The notes under the pieces were generated by a model. That model was not told the origin of the DNA. It ran no database searches and saw only the letters and a program-made list of their open reading frames with translations. DNA of 31,623 bases, taken from assembly GCA_024404275.1 (NCBI GenBank), contig JAKSQG010000002.1, positions 1 to 31,623 on the forward strand. The letters are read 5' to 3'. A program made the position numbers and the translations under genes. Positions within the stretch are counted from its first letter, which is position 1, and each line of letters starts with the position of its first letter. Shown here one piece after another: positions 18,335-28,051 of this stretch. This DNA comes from Clostridia bacterium (GTDB taxonomy: Bacteria > Bacillota > Clostridia > Christensenellales > Aristaeellaceae).

Positions 18335-19201
18335 GTGAAGAAAACAATGGCGCAAAGGCTGAAGCCCTATCTGTTTCTGATGCCCATGCTGGTGTTTGCC
18401 GCGGGTTTTGTGTACTATCCCTTCTTCAAGACCTTCCTGTACAGCTTTTCCCGCGTCAATGCCCGCGGCGATATCCTCGGCTTTGTGGGGCTGCAGAATT
18501 TCACCTATCTGTTCAGCCGCAGGGAATTTTCCGCCGCCCTTGGCAATACGCTCAGGCTGGCGGTCATCAACGTGCCCGTCACGGTCGCCCTGACCATGTT
18601 CCTGGCGCTGCTGTGCACCAGAAAAAGGGGCATCAGTGCAGCGGCGGAGACCATGTTTGCCCTGCCGATGGCCATTGCCATGTCGGCGGTGGCGCTCATC
18701 TTCAAGGTGCTGCTCAATCCCACGGTCGGCTATGTCAACCACCTGTTCGGTCTGACGGTCGGCTGGTACCGCGATAAAAACACGGCGCTTTCGGGCATCA
18801 TCCTGCTTACGGTGTGGATGGGCATCGGCTTCAATTTTCTGCTGTTCCTGTCCGCCTTCCGGGGGGTGCCCGATCAGCTGATCGAATCCGCCCGGCTGGA
18901 CGGAGCGGGTGGGGCGGCGGTGTTCTTTTTCATCCGTTTTCCGCTGATCACGCCCACGCTTCTGTATGTGGTATGCACCAACATGGTGCAGGCACTGATG
19001 ACCAGCGGACCCGTCATGATCCTGACGCAGGGCGGCCCCTCCCGCTCCACCACCACGCTCATCTATATGATGTACACCTCGGGCTACGGCTCATCGAACT
19101 ATTCTCTGGCAGCCTGTGTGGTGCTGGTCACCTTCGCCCTGACGCTGGTCTGCACACTGCTGGCCTTCGCGGCGGAAAGAAAGAAGGTGCATTACCAGTG
19201 A
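18335..19201 (+). CDS. Carbohydrate-type (CUT1) ABC transporter permease, MalF/UgpA-like
   Basis: ORF 18290..19201 is trimmed to GTG 18335, which lies 8 nt after GGAGGG (ATG 18347 is the alternative start). It has six TM segments and the EAA loop ESARLDGAG. Stop codon is TGA. Confidence 0.88.
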   Translation: MKKTMAQRLKPYLFLMPMLVFAAGFVYYPFFKTFLYSFSRVNARGDILGFVGLQNFTYLFSRREFSAALGNTLRLAVINVPVTVALTMFLALLCTRKRGISAAAETMFALPMAIAMSAVALIFKVLLNPTVGYVNHLFGLTVGWYRDKNTALSGIILLTVWMGIGFNFLLFLSAFRGVPDQLIESARLDGAGGAAVFFFIRFPLITPTLLYVVCTNMVQALMTSGPVMILTQGGPSRSTTTLIYMMYTSGYGSSNYSLAACVVLVTFALTLVCTLLAFAAERKKVHYQ

Positions 19202-20022
19202 AAAGACGAATGGTTCGCCTTCTGACCGATGCCCTGACGCTGGCGCTGGGCTTCGTGGTGGTTTTTCCCATCCTGTACGGATTGATGGGGGCATTCAAAT
19301 CCCCCGCGGAGTTTGCCGCCCAGCCGCCCACCGTATTGCCGCGTTCCTTCTCCTACACCGATAACTTCGCCTTCGTGCTGCGTACGGTGCCGCTGCTGCG
19401 TTACTTTTTCAACTCCCTGACGGTGGCGGTGCTCATCAGCACGGTGCGCCTGCTGGCGGCGCTGCTGGCGGCCTACGCGTTTGTGTACTTTGAATTCCCC
19501 GGCAGAGGGCTGCTGTTCATGCTGGTGCTTGCCACCATGATGCTGCCGGGCGACACCATGACGGTCACCAATTATCAGACGGTTTCGCGTCTTGGGCTGC
19601 TCAACACCTATCTTGGCATGAGCATCACCTCCTTCGTGGGCGCGTCGCAGATGTTCATGCTGCGGCAGAATTTCAAGACCATGCCCACGGCCATCCGTGA
19701 GGCCGCTATTCTGGATGGCTGCGGCGACCTTCGGTATCTGTTCTTCATCCTGACGCCCCTGTCCCGCCCCGTGCTGGTGACGCTGTTTGTGCAAAGCTTC
19801 ATTGGCGCGTGGAACACCTATCTATGGCCGCTGATGGTCACCAGCCATGATGAAATGCGCACCGTGCAGGTGGGCATCACCATGCTGACCTCGGTGGAGG
19901 GCACCAATTACGAAACGGTGCTGGCGGGCGTCATGCTCTCGCTCATCCCTGCGCTGTTTGTATTCCTTTTCCTGCGCCGCGGCATCTCCAAAGCCATGAC
20001 CGCGGGCTCCCTGGTGGGCTGA
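19198..20022 (+). CDS. Carbohydrate-type (CUT1) ABC transporter permease, MalG/UgpE-like
   Basis: The frame of ORF 18814..20022 is trimmed to GTG 19198, which overlaps the upstream TGA (GTGA); ATG 19210 is the alternative start. It carries the EAA loop EAAILDGCG. Stop codon is TGA. Confidence 0.85.
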   Translation: MKRRMVRLLTDALTLALGFVVVFPILYGLMGAFKSPAEFAAQPPTVLPRSFSYTDNFAFVLRTVPLLRYFFNSLTVAVLISTVRLLAALLAAYAFVYFEFPGRGLLFMLVLATMMLPGDTMTVTNYQTVSRLGLLNTYLGMSITSFVGASQMFMLRQNFKTMPTAIREAAILDGCGDLRYLFFILTPLSRPVLVTLFVQSFIGAWNTYLWPLMVTSHDEMRTVQVGITMLTSVEGTNYETVLAGVMLSLIPALFVFLFLRRGISKAMTAGSLVG

Positions 20023-20074
20023 TGCTGTTATCCCCGGGGCCGCGTCCCCGATAAAAATAAGGAGGAATCGTATC

Positions 20075-21352
20075 ATGAAAAAACTTTCCGCGCTGTTTGT
20101 GATCCTTACCCTTGTTTTCAGCCTTTCCGCCGGAGTGCTGGCGGAGACCCCTGTCACCCGCATCGTTTTCTGGCACTCCATGAATGAAGAGGCCGGCGTG
20201 CTGCTCGAAAAGTATGTGAAGGATTTCAATGACACCGTCGGCGCTCAGCTGGGCATCGAGGCCGAAGCCGTCTATCAGGGCTCCTACGCGCAGGCGACCC
20301 AGAAGCTCAACGCCATCCTGCAGGCGGGCAATTTTGCCGAGCTGCCCGATGTGATGCAGATGGACGCGACCGGCAAGGTGGCATATTTCACCTCCGGCAA
20401 GGCCTACACCGTGGACGACCTGCTGCGGGATAAGCCCGATACCGACGTTTCCGGTCTGCTGGGCGCGGCGATGGGCAACTGGAACTACACCGGCGTGCAG
20501 CTGGGTGTGCCCTTTGCCACCTCCACCACCGTGACCTATTATAACAAGACGGTGCTGGGCGAAGCCGCTCCCGAGACCTTTGCCGATATCAGCGCCGTGA
20601 CCGCTCCCGAAGGCACCGTGGTGTATGCCACCGTGCCCAACACCACCACCCTGGCCAACTGGCTGGGTCAGCTGGGCAGCTATGTGGTCAACAACAAGAA
20701 TGGCAGCGAAGGCAGTGCCGATGAGCTGGCCTGCATCGAAAACGGCGCTCTGGAGACCTTCCTGACCGAATGGAAGGCGCTGTATCAGAGCGGCGCGCTG
20801 CAGAACTACGCCGGCTCCACCGATGAGTTCGTGGCGGGCAAGCTGCTCATCATGACCTCTTCCTCTTCCAAGGTCACCTCCCTGCTGGCTTCCATCGGCG
20901 GCAGCTTTGAACTGGGCGTGTCCGTTTATCCCAAGGTGAACGCGGATGCCGCCTTCGGCGCCACCGTTTCCGGCAGCTGTCTGGTGATGTTTGATACCGG
21001 CAAGCAGGAAGCCGCCTGGGCGCTGGAAAACTACCTGACCTCTGCCGATGTGCAGGCGGACTTTGCCGTGGGCACCGGCTACATCCCCTCCAACAGCGGC
21101 GCGCTGGAGACCGAAGCCTGGAAGCAGCTGGTCGCCGCTCAGCCCGCTTATAACGTGGGTCTGGAGCAGCTGATGGCCACCCCCGCCGATATGCGCTCTG
21201 TCACCGTGGGCCCCTCCGCCGATTTCTACTATGCCATTCAGGATTGCGTCAGCGAGATGCTGGACAGCGACCTCACCCCTGAAGAGACCGTCGAAATGAT
21301 GGAGGATGAGCTGGGCGGACTGCTTACCCAGTACGCCATGGCCAATCCCTGA
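20075..21352 (+). CDS. Extracellular solute-binding protein (family 1) of the ABC transporter
   Basis: The ORF is 425 aa with an AAGGAGG RBS and an N-terminal signal peptide (MKKLSALFVILTLVFSLSAGVLA-ETP) that has no lipobox Cys. Stop codon is TGA. Confidence 0.88.
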   Translation: MKKLSALFVILTLVFSLSAGVLAETPVTRIVFWHSMNEEAGVLLEKYVKDFNDTVGAQLGIEAEAVYQGSYAQATQKLNAILQAGNFAELPDVMQMDATGKVAYFTSGKAYTVDDLLRDKPDTDVSGLLGAAMGNWNYTGVQLGVPFATSTTVTYYNKTVLGEAAPETFADISAVTAPEGTVVYATVPNTTTLANWLGQLGSYVVNNKNGSEGSADELACIENGALETFLTEWKALYQSGALQNYAGSTDEFVAGKLLIMTSSSSKVTSLLASIGGSFELGVSVYPKVNADAAFGATVSGSCLVMFDTGKQEAAWALENYLTSADVQADFAVGTGYIPSNSGALETEAWKQLVAAQPAYNVGLEQLMATPADMRSVTVGPSADFYYAIQDCVSEMLDSDLTPEETVEMMEDELGGLLTQYAMANP

Positions 21353-21372
21353 TTTCAATCATTTTATGCACA

Positions 21373-21414
21373 GGGGGAACGCTCGCATCGGGCGTTCCTC
21401 CTGCCTGTTTTTTT
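21373..21414 (+). terminator. Hairpin plus T-run after the binding-protein gene (partial terminator)
   Basis: The arms GGGGGAACGC / GCGTTCCTCC form a 10-bp stem with one G.U pair, followed 6 nt later by TTTTTTT. Confidence 0.5.
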
Positions 21415-21433
21415 ATCGAAAGGAGCATGCGGC

Positions 21434-22324
21434 ATGGAACTGTCCACTTCGACCAACATCTGTGCCTTTACCGCCACGCGGCGGCGTCTGCCGGTGGAAT
21501 TCTGCATTGAGCAGTGCGCCAAGGCGGGCTACAAGGTGCTGGATTTCAACTTCTGCATCGCCATGAACCCCGATTCGCCCCTGCGCGGAGAAAACTGGCG
21601 GCAGTACATCGACTCGGTGGCGGAGCTGTCCGCCCGTCTGGGGGTGCGCTTTTCGCAGTCGCATCTGCCGTATTATGATGTGGACAAAAAGAAGGGCACC
21701 GAAGAAGCCCGGTTGATGGAGGAGCTCATCCGCCGTTCCATTATCGGCAGTCATGTGCTGGGCGCCCGCTGGGCGGTGACGCATCCCTTCACCGTGTACG
21801 CCCATGCCGAAGATGAAGAAGTCAACCGCAGCGCCAACCTGACCTATTACGCGCCGCACATGGAGCTGGCGCAAAAAAACGGCGTGGGCATTGCGCTGGA
21901 AACGGATTTTGATCTGCCGCATCAGAAGATCTACTGCTCCGATGTCGGCGAGCTCATCCGTCTTTGTGATGCCTTTGATGCTCCCCAAACGGCGGGCATC
22001 TGCTATGATTTCGGGCATGCCAACCTGCAGAAGGACAAAAGCACCCACCGCGAAAAGCTGAACCGCATCGGCAGCCGCCTCAAGGCCGTGCACGTGCAGG
22101 ATAATCACGGCACCGAGGACGAGCATCTGCTGCCCTTCTTCGGCTCCATCGATTGGGATGACGCTATGGCGGGCTTGCGGGATATCGGCTATGATTACGA
22201 CCTGACCTTTGAGGTGCAGGAATTCGGCCGCTGCCTGCCTGCCGATATGAAGCATCTGACCGTCGAATTGTCCCGTGCGGTGGGGCAGAGGCTTCTGGAC
22301 AGGATCGCCGCGCCCTTGACTTGA
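21434..22324 (+). CDS. Sugar phosphate isomerase/epimerase-like (xylose-isomerase-fold TIM barrel) protein
   Basis: The ORF is 296 aa with an AAAGGAG RBS. Its sequence pattern (…GIALET…, …DFGHANL…, …HVQDN…, TFEV) is typical of the AP-endonuclease-2/TIM-barrel family. Stop codon is TGA. Confidence 0.75.
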   Translation: MELSTSTNICAFTATRRRLPVEFCIEQCAKAGYKVLDFNFCIAMNPDSPLRGENWRQYIDSVAELSARLGVRFSQSHLPYYDVDKKKGTEEARLMEELIRRSIIGSHVLGARWAVTHPFTVYAHAEDEEVNRSANLTYYAPHMELAQKNGVGIALETDFDLPHQKIYCSDVGELIRLCDAFDAPQTAGICYDFGHANLQKDKSTHREKLNRIGSRLKAVHVQDNHGTEDEHLLPFFGSIDWDDAMAGLRDIGYDYDLTFEVQEFGRCLPADMKHLTVELSRAVGQRLLDRIAAPLT

Positions 22325-22344
22325 AAGGGCCGGCGTGGTAAAAT
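22316..22344 (+). promoter_or_regulatory. Sigma-A-type promoter of the Mn-riboswitch operon
   Basis: TTGACT (22316-22321, overlapping the upstream stop), a 17-nt spacer and TGgTAAAAT (-10 at 22339-22344). Confidence 0.65.
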
Positions 22345-22350
22345 AAAACC

Positions 22351-22442
22351 GTTGTGAGGGAGTAGGGAGCGCGCTTGCGCGTAACAAGTCAACACACCGG
22401 CCTGAGCGGTCTGGCTTGTTTTAAATCGCGAGACTCATGCGT
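22351..22442 (+). promoter_or_regulatory. yybP-ykoY (manganese) riboswitch aptamer
   Basis: gtgaGGGAGUAGggagcgcgcttgcgcgtaacaaGUCAACAcacc...cgcGAGACtcatgc carries the conserved GGGAGUAG, GUCAACA and GAGAC elements. It lies directly upstream of mntP. Confidence 0.85.
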
Positions 22443-22486
22443 AACTGCGAAGCTATGCATGCTCTTTCCTTTGCGCGGAATTGCAG

Positions 22487-22512
22487 GTATGGCGTCGCCA
22501 TACTTCTTTTTT
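22487..22512 (+). terminator. Expression-platform terminator of the Mn riboswitch
   Basis: GTATGGCG-T-CGCCATAC followed by TTCTTTTTTTAT, ending 19 nt before the mntP RBS. Confidence 0.8.
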
Positions 22513-22530
22513 TATCTGGAGGCGATTCCC

Positions 22531-23109
22531 ATGAACTTTGTATTCTTCCTCAACAGCGTACTGTTTGGCATCGGTCTGGCCATGGACGCGTTCTCTGTCT
22601 CGATGGCCAACGGTCTCAACGAGCCCAAAATGCCGCTTCGCCGCATGGGGCTCATTGCCGGCACCTTTGCCGTGTATCAGATTCTGATGCCGCTCATCGG
22701 CTGGGTCTGCGTCCACACCATCGTGGAGCAGTTCAAGGCCTTTGAACGCTTCATTCCCTGGATCGCACTCATCCTGCTTTTGTATATCGGCGGCAAGATG
22801 GTGTGGGAGGGCATCCATCCCGGCGAGGAAGGCGAGGAAAAGCCCGCCGTGGGCTTCGGCGCGCTGATGGTGCAGGGCATTGCCACCTCCATTGACGCCC
22901 TGTCTGTGGGCTTTACCATTGCGGACCTGTCCCTGACAGAGGCGCTGGTGGAATCGTTCATCATCGGCATCGTGACCTTCGGCATTTGTCTGGGCGGCCT
23001 CAAGATCGGCAAGGTCTTCGGCAACAAGCTGGCGGGCAAGGCTTCCATCCTCGGCGGCGTCATCCTCATTGCCATCGGCATTGAGGTGTTCGTCAGCGGA
23101 ATCATGTAA
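22531..23109 (+). CDS. mntP: Manganese efflux pump MntP
   Basis: ORF 22375..23109 is trimmed to ATG 22531, which follows ctggaggcgattccc. The upstream part of the ORF covers the riboswitch. The duplicated DAFSVS / DALSVG motifs of the MntP/YebN family are present. Stop codon is TAA. Confidence 0.9.
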   Translation: MNFVFFLNSVLFGIGLAMDAFSVSMANGLNEPKMPLRRMGLIAGTFAVYQILMPLIGWVCVHTIVEQFKAFERFIPWIALILLLYIGGKMVWEGIHPGEEGEEKPAVGFGALMVQGIATSIDALSVGFTIADLSLTEALVESFIIGIVTFGICLGGLKIGKVFGNKLAGKASILGGVILIAIGIEVFVSGIM

Positions 23110-23121
23110 AGGAGAGAGATT

Positions 23122-24132
23122 ATGCTGGTACCTGTGCTTCTGTTCTGTCTGGGTCTGGTATTGCTCATCAAGGGCGGCGACTGGTTTGTGGACGGCGCCA
23201 CCGGCATCGCCCACCGCTTCCATGTGCCGGAGCTGCTCATCGGCGCCACGGTGGTCTCCATCGGCACTACGCTGCCCGAGGTGATGGTCTCCGCCACCTC
23301 CGCATTGGGTGGTCACAGCGAGATCGCCTACGGCAACGCCATCGGCTCCATCATCTGCAATACGGCGCTCATTTCGGCCATCACCATGGCGGTTCGTCCC
23401 TGCAAGGTGGATCAGAAAACCTTCCGCGGTCCCGTCATTTTCTTCTTTGCCGCGGCGCTGTTCTATTCGCTGGTGGCGTATATCACCGGCAGCTTCTCCC
23501 GCATCGTGGGCATCGTGCTGTTGGCACTGTTTGTGGCTTACATCCTCTACAATGTGCGCAATGCCCGCCTGCATCCCGAACTGGCCGAAGAAGAGGAAGA
23601 CGAAGAAGAGGGCAAGCCCGATTTTCTCACTTCCCTGCTGAATAAGGTGACCAAAGGAAACGAGAGCATCTCCAACTTCGGTCTGCTGGTCATCGGTGCC
23701 GCGCTCATTGCCTGGGGTGCCGATCTGCTGGTGGATAACGGCACATTGATCGCCCAGTCGCTGGGTGTGCCCGAATCGGTCATCGCGCTGACCTTTGTGG
23801 CACTGGGCACCTCGCTGCCCGAACTGGTGACTGCCATTACCAGTCTGGCGAAGGGACACGGCGCGCTGAGCCTTGGCAACATCGTGGGCGCCAACATCTT
23901 CAATCTGGTGCTGGTGGGCGGCGTGTCCATCACGCTGCGCCCCTTCAACATTCCCGTCGCCAAAACCGTGGCGGGCATGAACGCCTCGCTGCTGGTGGAA
24001 ATTCCCGTGATGCTGTTCGTCATGGCCTTTATGACGCTGCCCGCGCTCAAGCGCGGCAAGCTGACCCGTGCTCAGGGCATCACGCTGCTGGCCGTGTATG
24101 CTGCCTTCTGCGTGTTCCAGTTTGTCAGCTGA
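23122..24132 (+). CDS. CaCA-family cation (Ca2+)/Na+ antiporter, YrbG-like
   Basis: The ORF is 336 aa with an AAGGAG RBS. Two alpha-repeat regions are present (GATVVSIGTTLPE...GNAIGS and ALGTSLPELVTAI...GNIVGAN), with an acidic central loop. Stop codon is TGA. Confidence 0.88.
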   Translation: MLVPVLLFCLGLVLLIKGGDWFVDGATGIAHRFHVPELLIGATVVSIGTTLPEVMVSATSALGGHSEIAYGNAIGSIICNTALISAITMAVRPCKVDQKTFRGPVIFFFAAALFYSLVAYITGSFSRIVGIVLLALFVAYILYNVRNARLHPELAEEEEDEEEGKPDFLTSLLNKVTKGNESISNFGLLVIGAALIAWGADLLVDNGTLIAQSLGVPESVIALTFVALGTSLPELVTAITSLAKGHGALSLGNIVGANIFNLVLVGGVSITLRPFNIPVAKTVAGMNASLLVEIPVMLFVMAFMTLPALKRGKLTRAQGITLLAVYAAFCVFQFVS

Positions 24133-24156
24133 CGGCGGCCGCAACCGCATGTACGT

Positions 24157-24198
24157 CCCCGCTTTCCGAAGCGTCGCTTTCGGAAAGCGGGGGCTTTT
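24157..24198 (+). terminator. Intrinsic terminator after the mntP-CaCA operon
   Basis: The arms CCCCGCTTTCCGAA / TTCGGAAAGCGGGG form a 14-bp stem, followed by GCTTTTGATTT. Confidence 0.85.
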
Positions 24199-24201
24199 GA
24201 T

Positions 24202-24230
24202 TTGACTTTTGGTTCCGTTTGGATGATAAT
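24202..24230 (+). promoter_or_regulatory. Candidate promoter of the adenine deaminase gene
   Basis: TTGACT (24202-24207), a 17-nt spacer and GATAAT (24225-24230). Confidence 0.5.
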
Positions 24231-24282
24231 GAATGTATCCGCAAAGCGGAACGACATTCAATATTTACGGAGGAACACCGTT

Positions 24283-26055
24283 ATGAGAACCCTCAAAAGC
24301 AAGGACCGTTCCCGCCTGATCAAGGCCGCCATGGGTCAGCTTCCCTGCGACCTGACCGTGAGCAATGTGAAATATCTCAATATGTTTACCGGCGAGATCT
24401 ACCCTGCCGAGGTGGATGTGCTGGACGGTTTTGTGGTGCGTGTGCGTGAGGAAGGCGTGCAGGCTCCCGCTGCTTCCAAAGAAACCTACGACGGCAAGGG
24501 CGCGTACCTGATCCCCGGCTTTATCGATGCGCATATGCATGTCGAATCCACCATGATGATCCCCGAAAACGTTTCCCGCGGTATCGTGCCGTGGGGCACC
24601 ACCACCATCTGCACCGACCCGCACGAGATCGGCAACGTCATGGGCGTTGAGGGCGTGCGCTTCATGCTGGAAAACGCCAAAAAGTCCGCTCTGCGGCAGT
24701 ATGTACTGGCGCCCTCCTGTGTGCCTGCCGTCCCCGGCCGTGAGAGCACGGGTGCTGCCTTTACCGCCAAAGAGGTGGGAACCATTCTGGATATGGACGA
24801 CGTGGTCGGCGTGGCCGAAGTGATGGACTATGTCGGCGTCGTGACCGACAATGAGCGTATGCATTCCATCGTGGAGGAGGGCCTCAAGCGCGACCTGCTC
24901 ATTCAGGCGCATGCCCCCTTTGTGACGGGCGATATGCTCAACGCCTACCGCATCGGCGGTCCGCTCAGCGACCACGAGAGCACCTGCGCCGCCGAGGTGC
25001 GCGAAAAGCTGCGTGCCGGCATGTATGTCGATCTGCGCGCCAGCTCTATCATTGACGGTCTGGCGTTCCTGGTGGATGGCTGCCGCGATCATTACTGGAA
25101 GGACCATGTGGCCATCTGCACCGATGACGTGCATGCCTCTGACCTGCTGACGGTGGGTCACATCAACAAGGTGGTCAAAAAGACCATTGCCGCGGGCATT
25201 GATCCCCGTGACGCCATCAAGATGGCGACCTATAACGCGGCGCGTGAATACGGCTTTGACGATCTGGGCGCGCTGGCGCCCGGCTACATCGCCGATATGC
25301 AGCTGGTACGGGAGTTGGATGGCGGCAAGCCCGAAGCGGTGTTCATCGAAGGCAAACTGGTGGCTGAAAACGGCTGCTATCTGGCAGGGGATACCCTGAC
25401 CGAGGCGCCCTGCCTGCCCAACACCGTTACCATTCCCCAGCTGAACAGCACCGGGGACTTTGTCATGCGTGTGCCCGAGGGGTATACGGGCAGTACCATC
25501 ATGGTGAATGTGATGACCGTGTCTCCCGCAAGCCCCATCCTGCGCATGGTGGTGCCCACCGAGCTGCCGGTCAAGGACGGCGCCGTCGATATCAGCGGCG
25601 ATCCCTCCCTGACATTCGTCTGCTGTGCCAACCGTTATGGTACGGGCAGCAAGACCATTGCCGTGTACCGTGATTTCGGTCTGCTGAAGGGTGCCTTTGC
25701 CTCGACTGTATCGCACGACAGCCACAACCTGACCATCGTGTACCGCGATCCCGCGGAGGCGCTGCTGGCGGCGAAGACGCTGCAAAGCGTGGGCGGCGGT
25801 ATTCTGGTGGCGGAGGGCGAAAAGGAAACGCACGTGGCGCTGCCCGCGGCGGGTCTGATGAGCTACAAGCCCTGTGCCGGTGTGGCAGAGGAGATCAACG
25901 CCCTGCAGAAGGTCATTGACGAAGTGAGCGGCGGCCGCCTGACGGTGCTGGCGAGCGCGATCCTGGCACTGCCCGTGCTGCCCGGTGTTGTCATCACCGA
26001 TATGGGTCTGGTGGACGGCACCAACCAGAGCTTTGTACCGGTATTTGCCCTGTAA
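24283..26055 (+). CDS. ade: Adenine deaminase
   Basis: ORF 24202..26055 is trimmed to ATG 24283, which follows GGAGG. It has the amidohydrolase metal motif LIPGFIDAHMHVES. At 590 aa its length is typical of Ade. Stop codon is TAA. Confidence 0.88.
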   Translation: MRTLKSKDRSRLIKAAMGQLPCDLTVSNVKYLNMFTGEIYPAEVDVLDGFVVRVREEGVQAPAASKETYDGKGAYLIPGFIDAHMHVESTMMIPENVSRGIVPWGTTTICTDPHEIGNVMGVEGVRFMLENAKKSALRQYVLAPSCVPAVPGRESTGAAFTAKEVGTILDMDDVVGVAEVMDYVGVVTDNERMHSIVEEGLKRDLLIQAHAPFVTGDMLNAYRIGGPLSDHESTCAAEVREKLRAGMYVDLRASSIIDGLAFLVDGCRDHYWKDHVAICTDDVHASDLLTVGHINKVVKKTIAAGIDPRDAIKMATYNAAREYGFDDLGALAPGYIADMQLVRELDGGKPEAVFIEGKLVAENGCYLAGDTLTEAPCLPNTVTIPQLNSTGDFVMRVPEGYTGSTIMVNVMTVSPASPILRMVVPTELPVKDGAVDISGDPSLTFVCCANRYGTGSKTIAVYRDFGLLKGAFASTVSHDSHNLTIVYRDPAEALLAAKTLQSVGGGILVAEGEKETHVALPAAGLMSYKPCAGVAEEINALQKVIDEVSGGRLTVLASAILALPVLPGVVITDMGLVDGTNQSFVPVFAL

Positions 26056-26063
26056 GTTATCTT

Positions 26064-26097
26064 GGGAGGGGAGGAAACGCCCCTCCCGTTTTCTTTT
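26064..26097 (+). terminator. Intrinsic terminator after ade
   Basis: The arms GGGAGGGG / CCCCTCCC flank an 8-nt loop and are followed by GTTTTCTTTT. Confidence 0.85.
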
Positions 26098-26129
26098 GCC
26101 CGGGGGAGATGCCCGTTTCTGCACGGTGG

Positions 26130-26158
26130 TTGCTAAAAAACGCGGCTTGTGTTATACT
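26130..26158 (+). promoter_or_regulatory. Sigma-A-type promoter of murA
   Basis: TTGCTA (26130-26135), a 17-nt spacer and TGtTATACT (-10 at 26153-26158). Confidence 0.6.
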
Positions 26159-26198
26159 GAATGTTGCAACTCTATGAGAGTGAGGAGAAGCGTAACGC

Positions 26199-27460
<1,262 letters not shown>

Positions 27461-27464
<4 letters not shown>

Positions 27465-28012
27465 CACAGAATGTAAAAAGCGTGATGAACGCTTATGAAA
27501 CGCTGGGGCTCAAATGGGGCGCCACGCAGGACGAGGTCCGCGCCGCGTACCATGCCCTGGCCAAGAACTGCCACCCCGATCACTGCACCGAAAGGGGAAA
27601 GCAGGATGCGGCGCAGGAGCAGATGATTCGGCTCAATCTGGCTTATGAAGAGGCCATGCGCACGGCTTCACAGCGCAAAGTGGTGCAGAATACAGGCCTT
27701 TCCTTGGAGGAAGCCAAGCATCTGGCTGTCAAGATGAGCGGCATGAAGCGCTGGGAAAGCGCGCTGCGCTATCTGGACAGGGCAGAGAGCAAGGACGCCG
27801 AGTGGTACTATCTGCGGGGAAACGCGCAGATGAACCTCAAAGAGTGGGGAGAGGCGCACCGCAGCTTCCGTGAGGCGGTCCGTCTGGAACCCGACAACCT
27901 GACCTACCGGCGGGGCGCATTTGACGCAGCCTGCGCCGTAAAAAAACACAATAAGCCCCTGCGGCGCTGCGCTGACGCGCTTGGCGCGCTGCTGGGCGGC
28001 AGAAAAAAGTAA
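27461..28012 (+). CDS. J-domain (DnaJ-like) protein with a TPR-like C-terminal region
   Basis: The ORF is 183 aa. The J-domain reads YETLGLKWGATQDEVRAAYHALAKNCHPDH, including the HPD motif. The start is either GTG 27461 (4-nt overlap with the murA stop) or ATG 27485. Stop codon is TAA. Confidence 0.8.
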
Positions 28013-28044
28013 AAACGTCCGTGCGACAGGCACGGGCGTTTTAT
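28011..28044. terminator. Bidirectional intrinsic terminator between convergent genes
   Basis: AAAAA-CGTCCGTGC-gacag-GCACGGGCG-TTTTAT. An A-run and a T-run flank a 9-bp stem with one G.U pair. Confidence 0.8.
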
Positions 28045-28051
28045 GATGCGG

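Noticed and set aside
22375-22530. The N-terminal extension of mntP proposed by the ORF track (TTG start at 22375), and the similar extensions at 18290-18334 and 24202-24282.
   Set aside because: These extensions cover the Mn riboswitch with its terminator, the FMN-riboswitch terminator, and a promoter, respectively. In each case a downstream start codon with a GGAGG-type RBS fits the family N-terminus.
24199-24282. A purine riboswitch upstream of adenine deaminase.
   Set aside because: Only about 50 nt lie between the candidate -10 and the RBS, which is too short for a purine aptamer. No conserved three-way-junction sequence is present.
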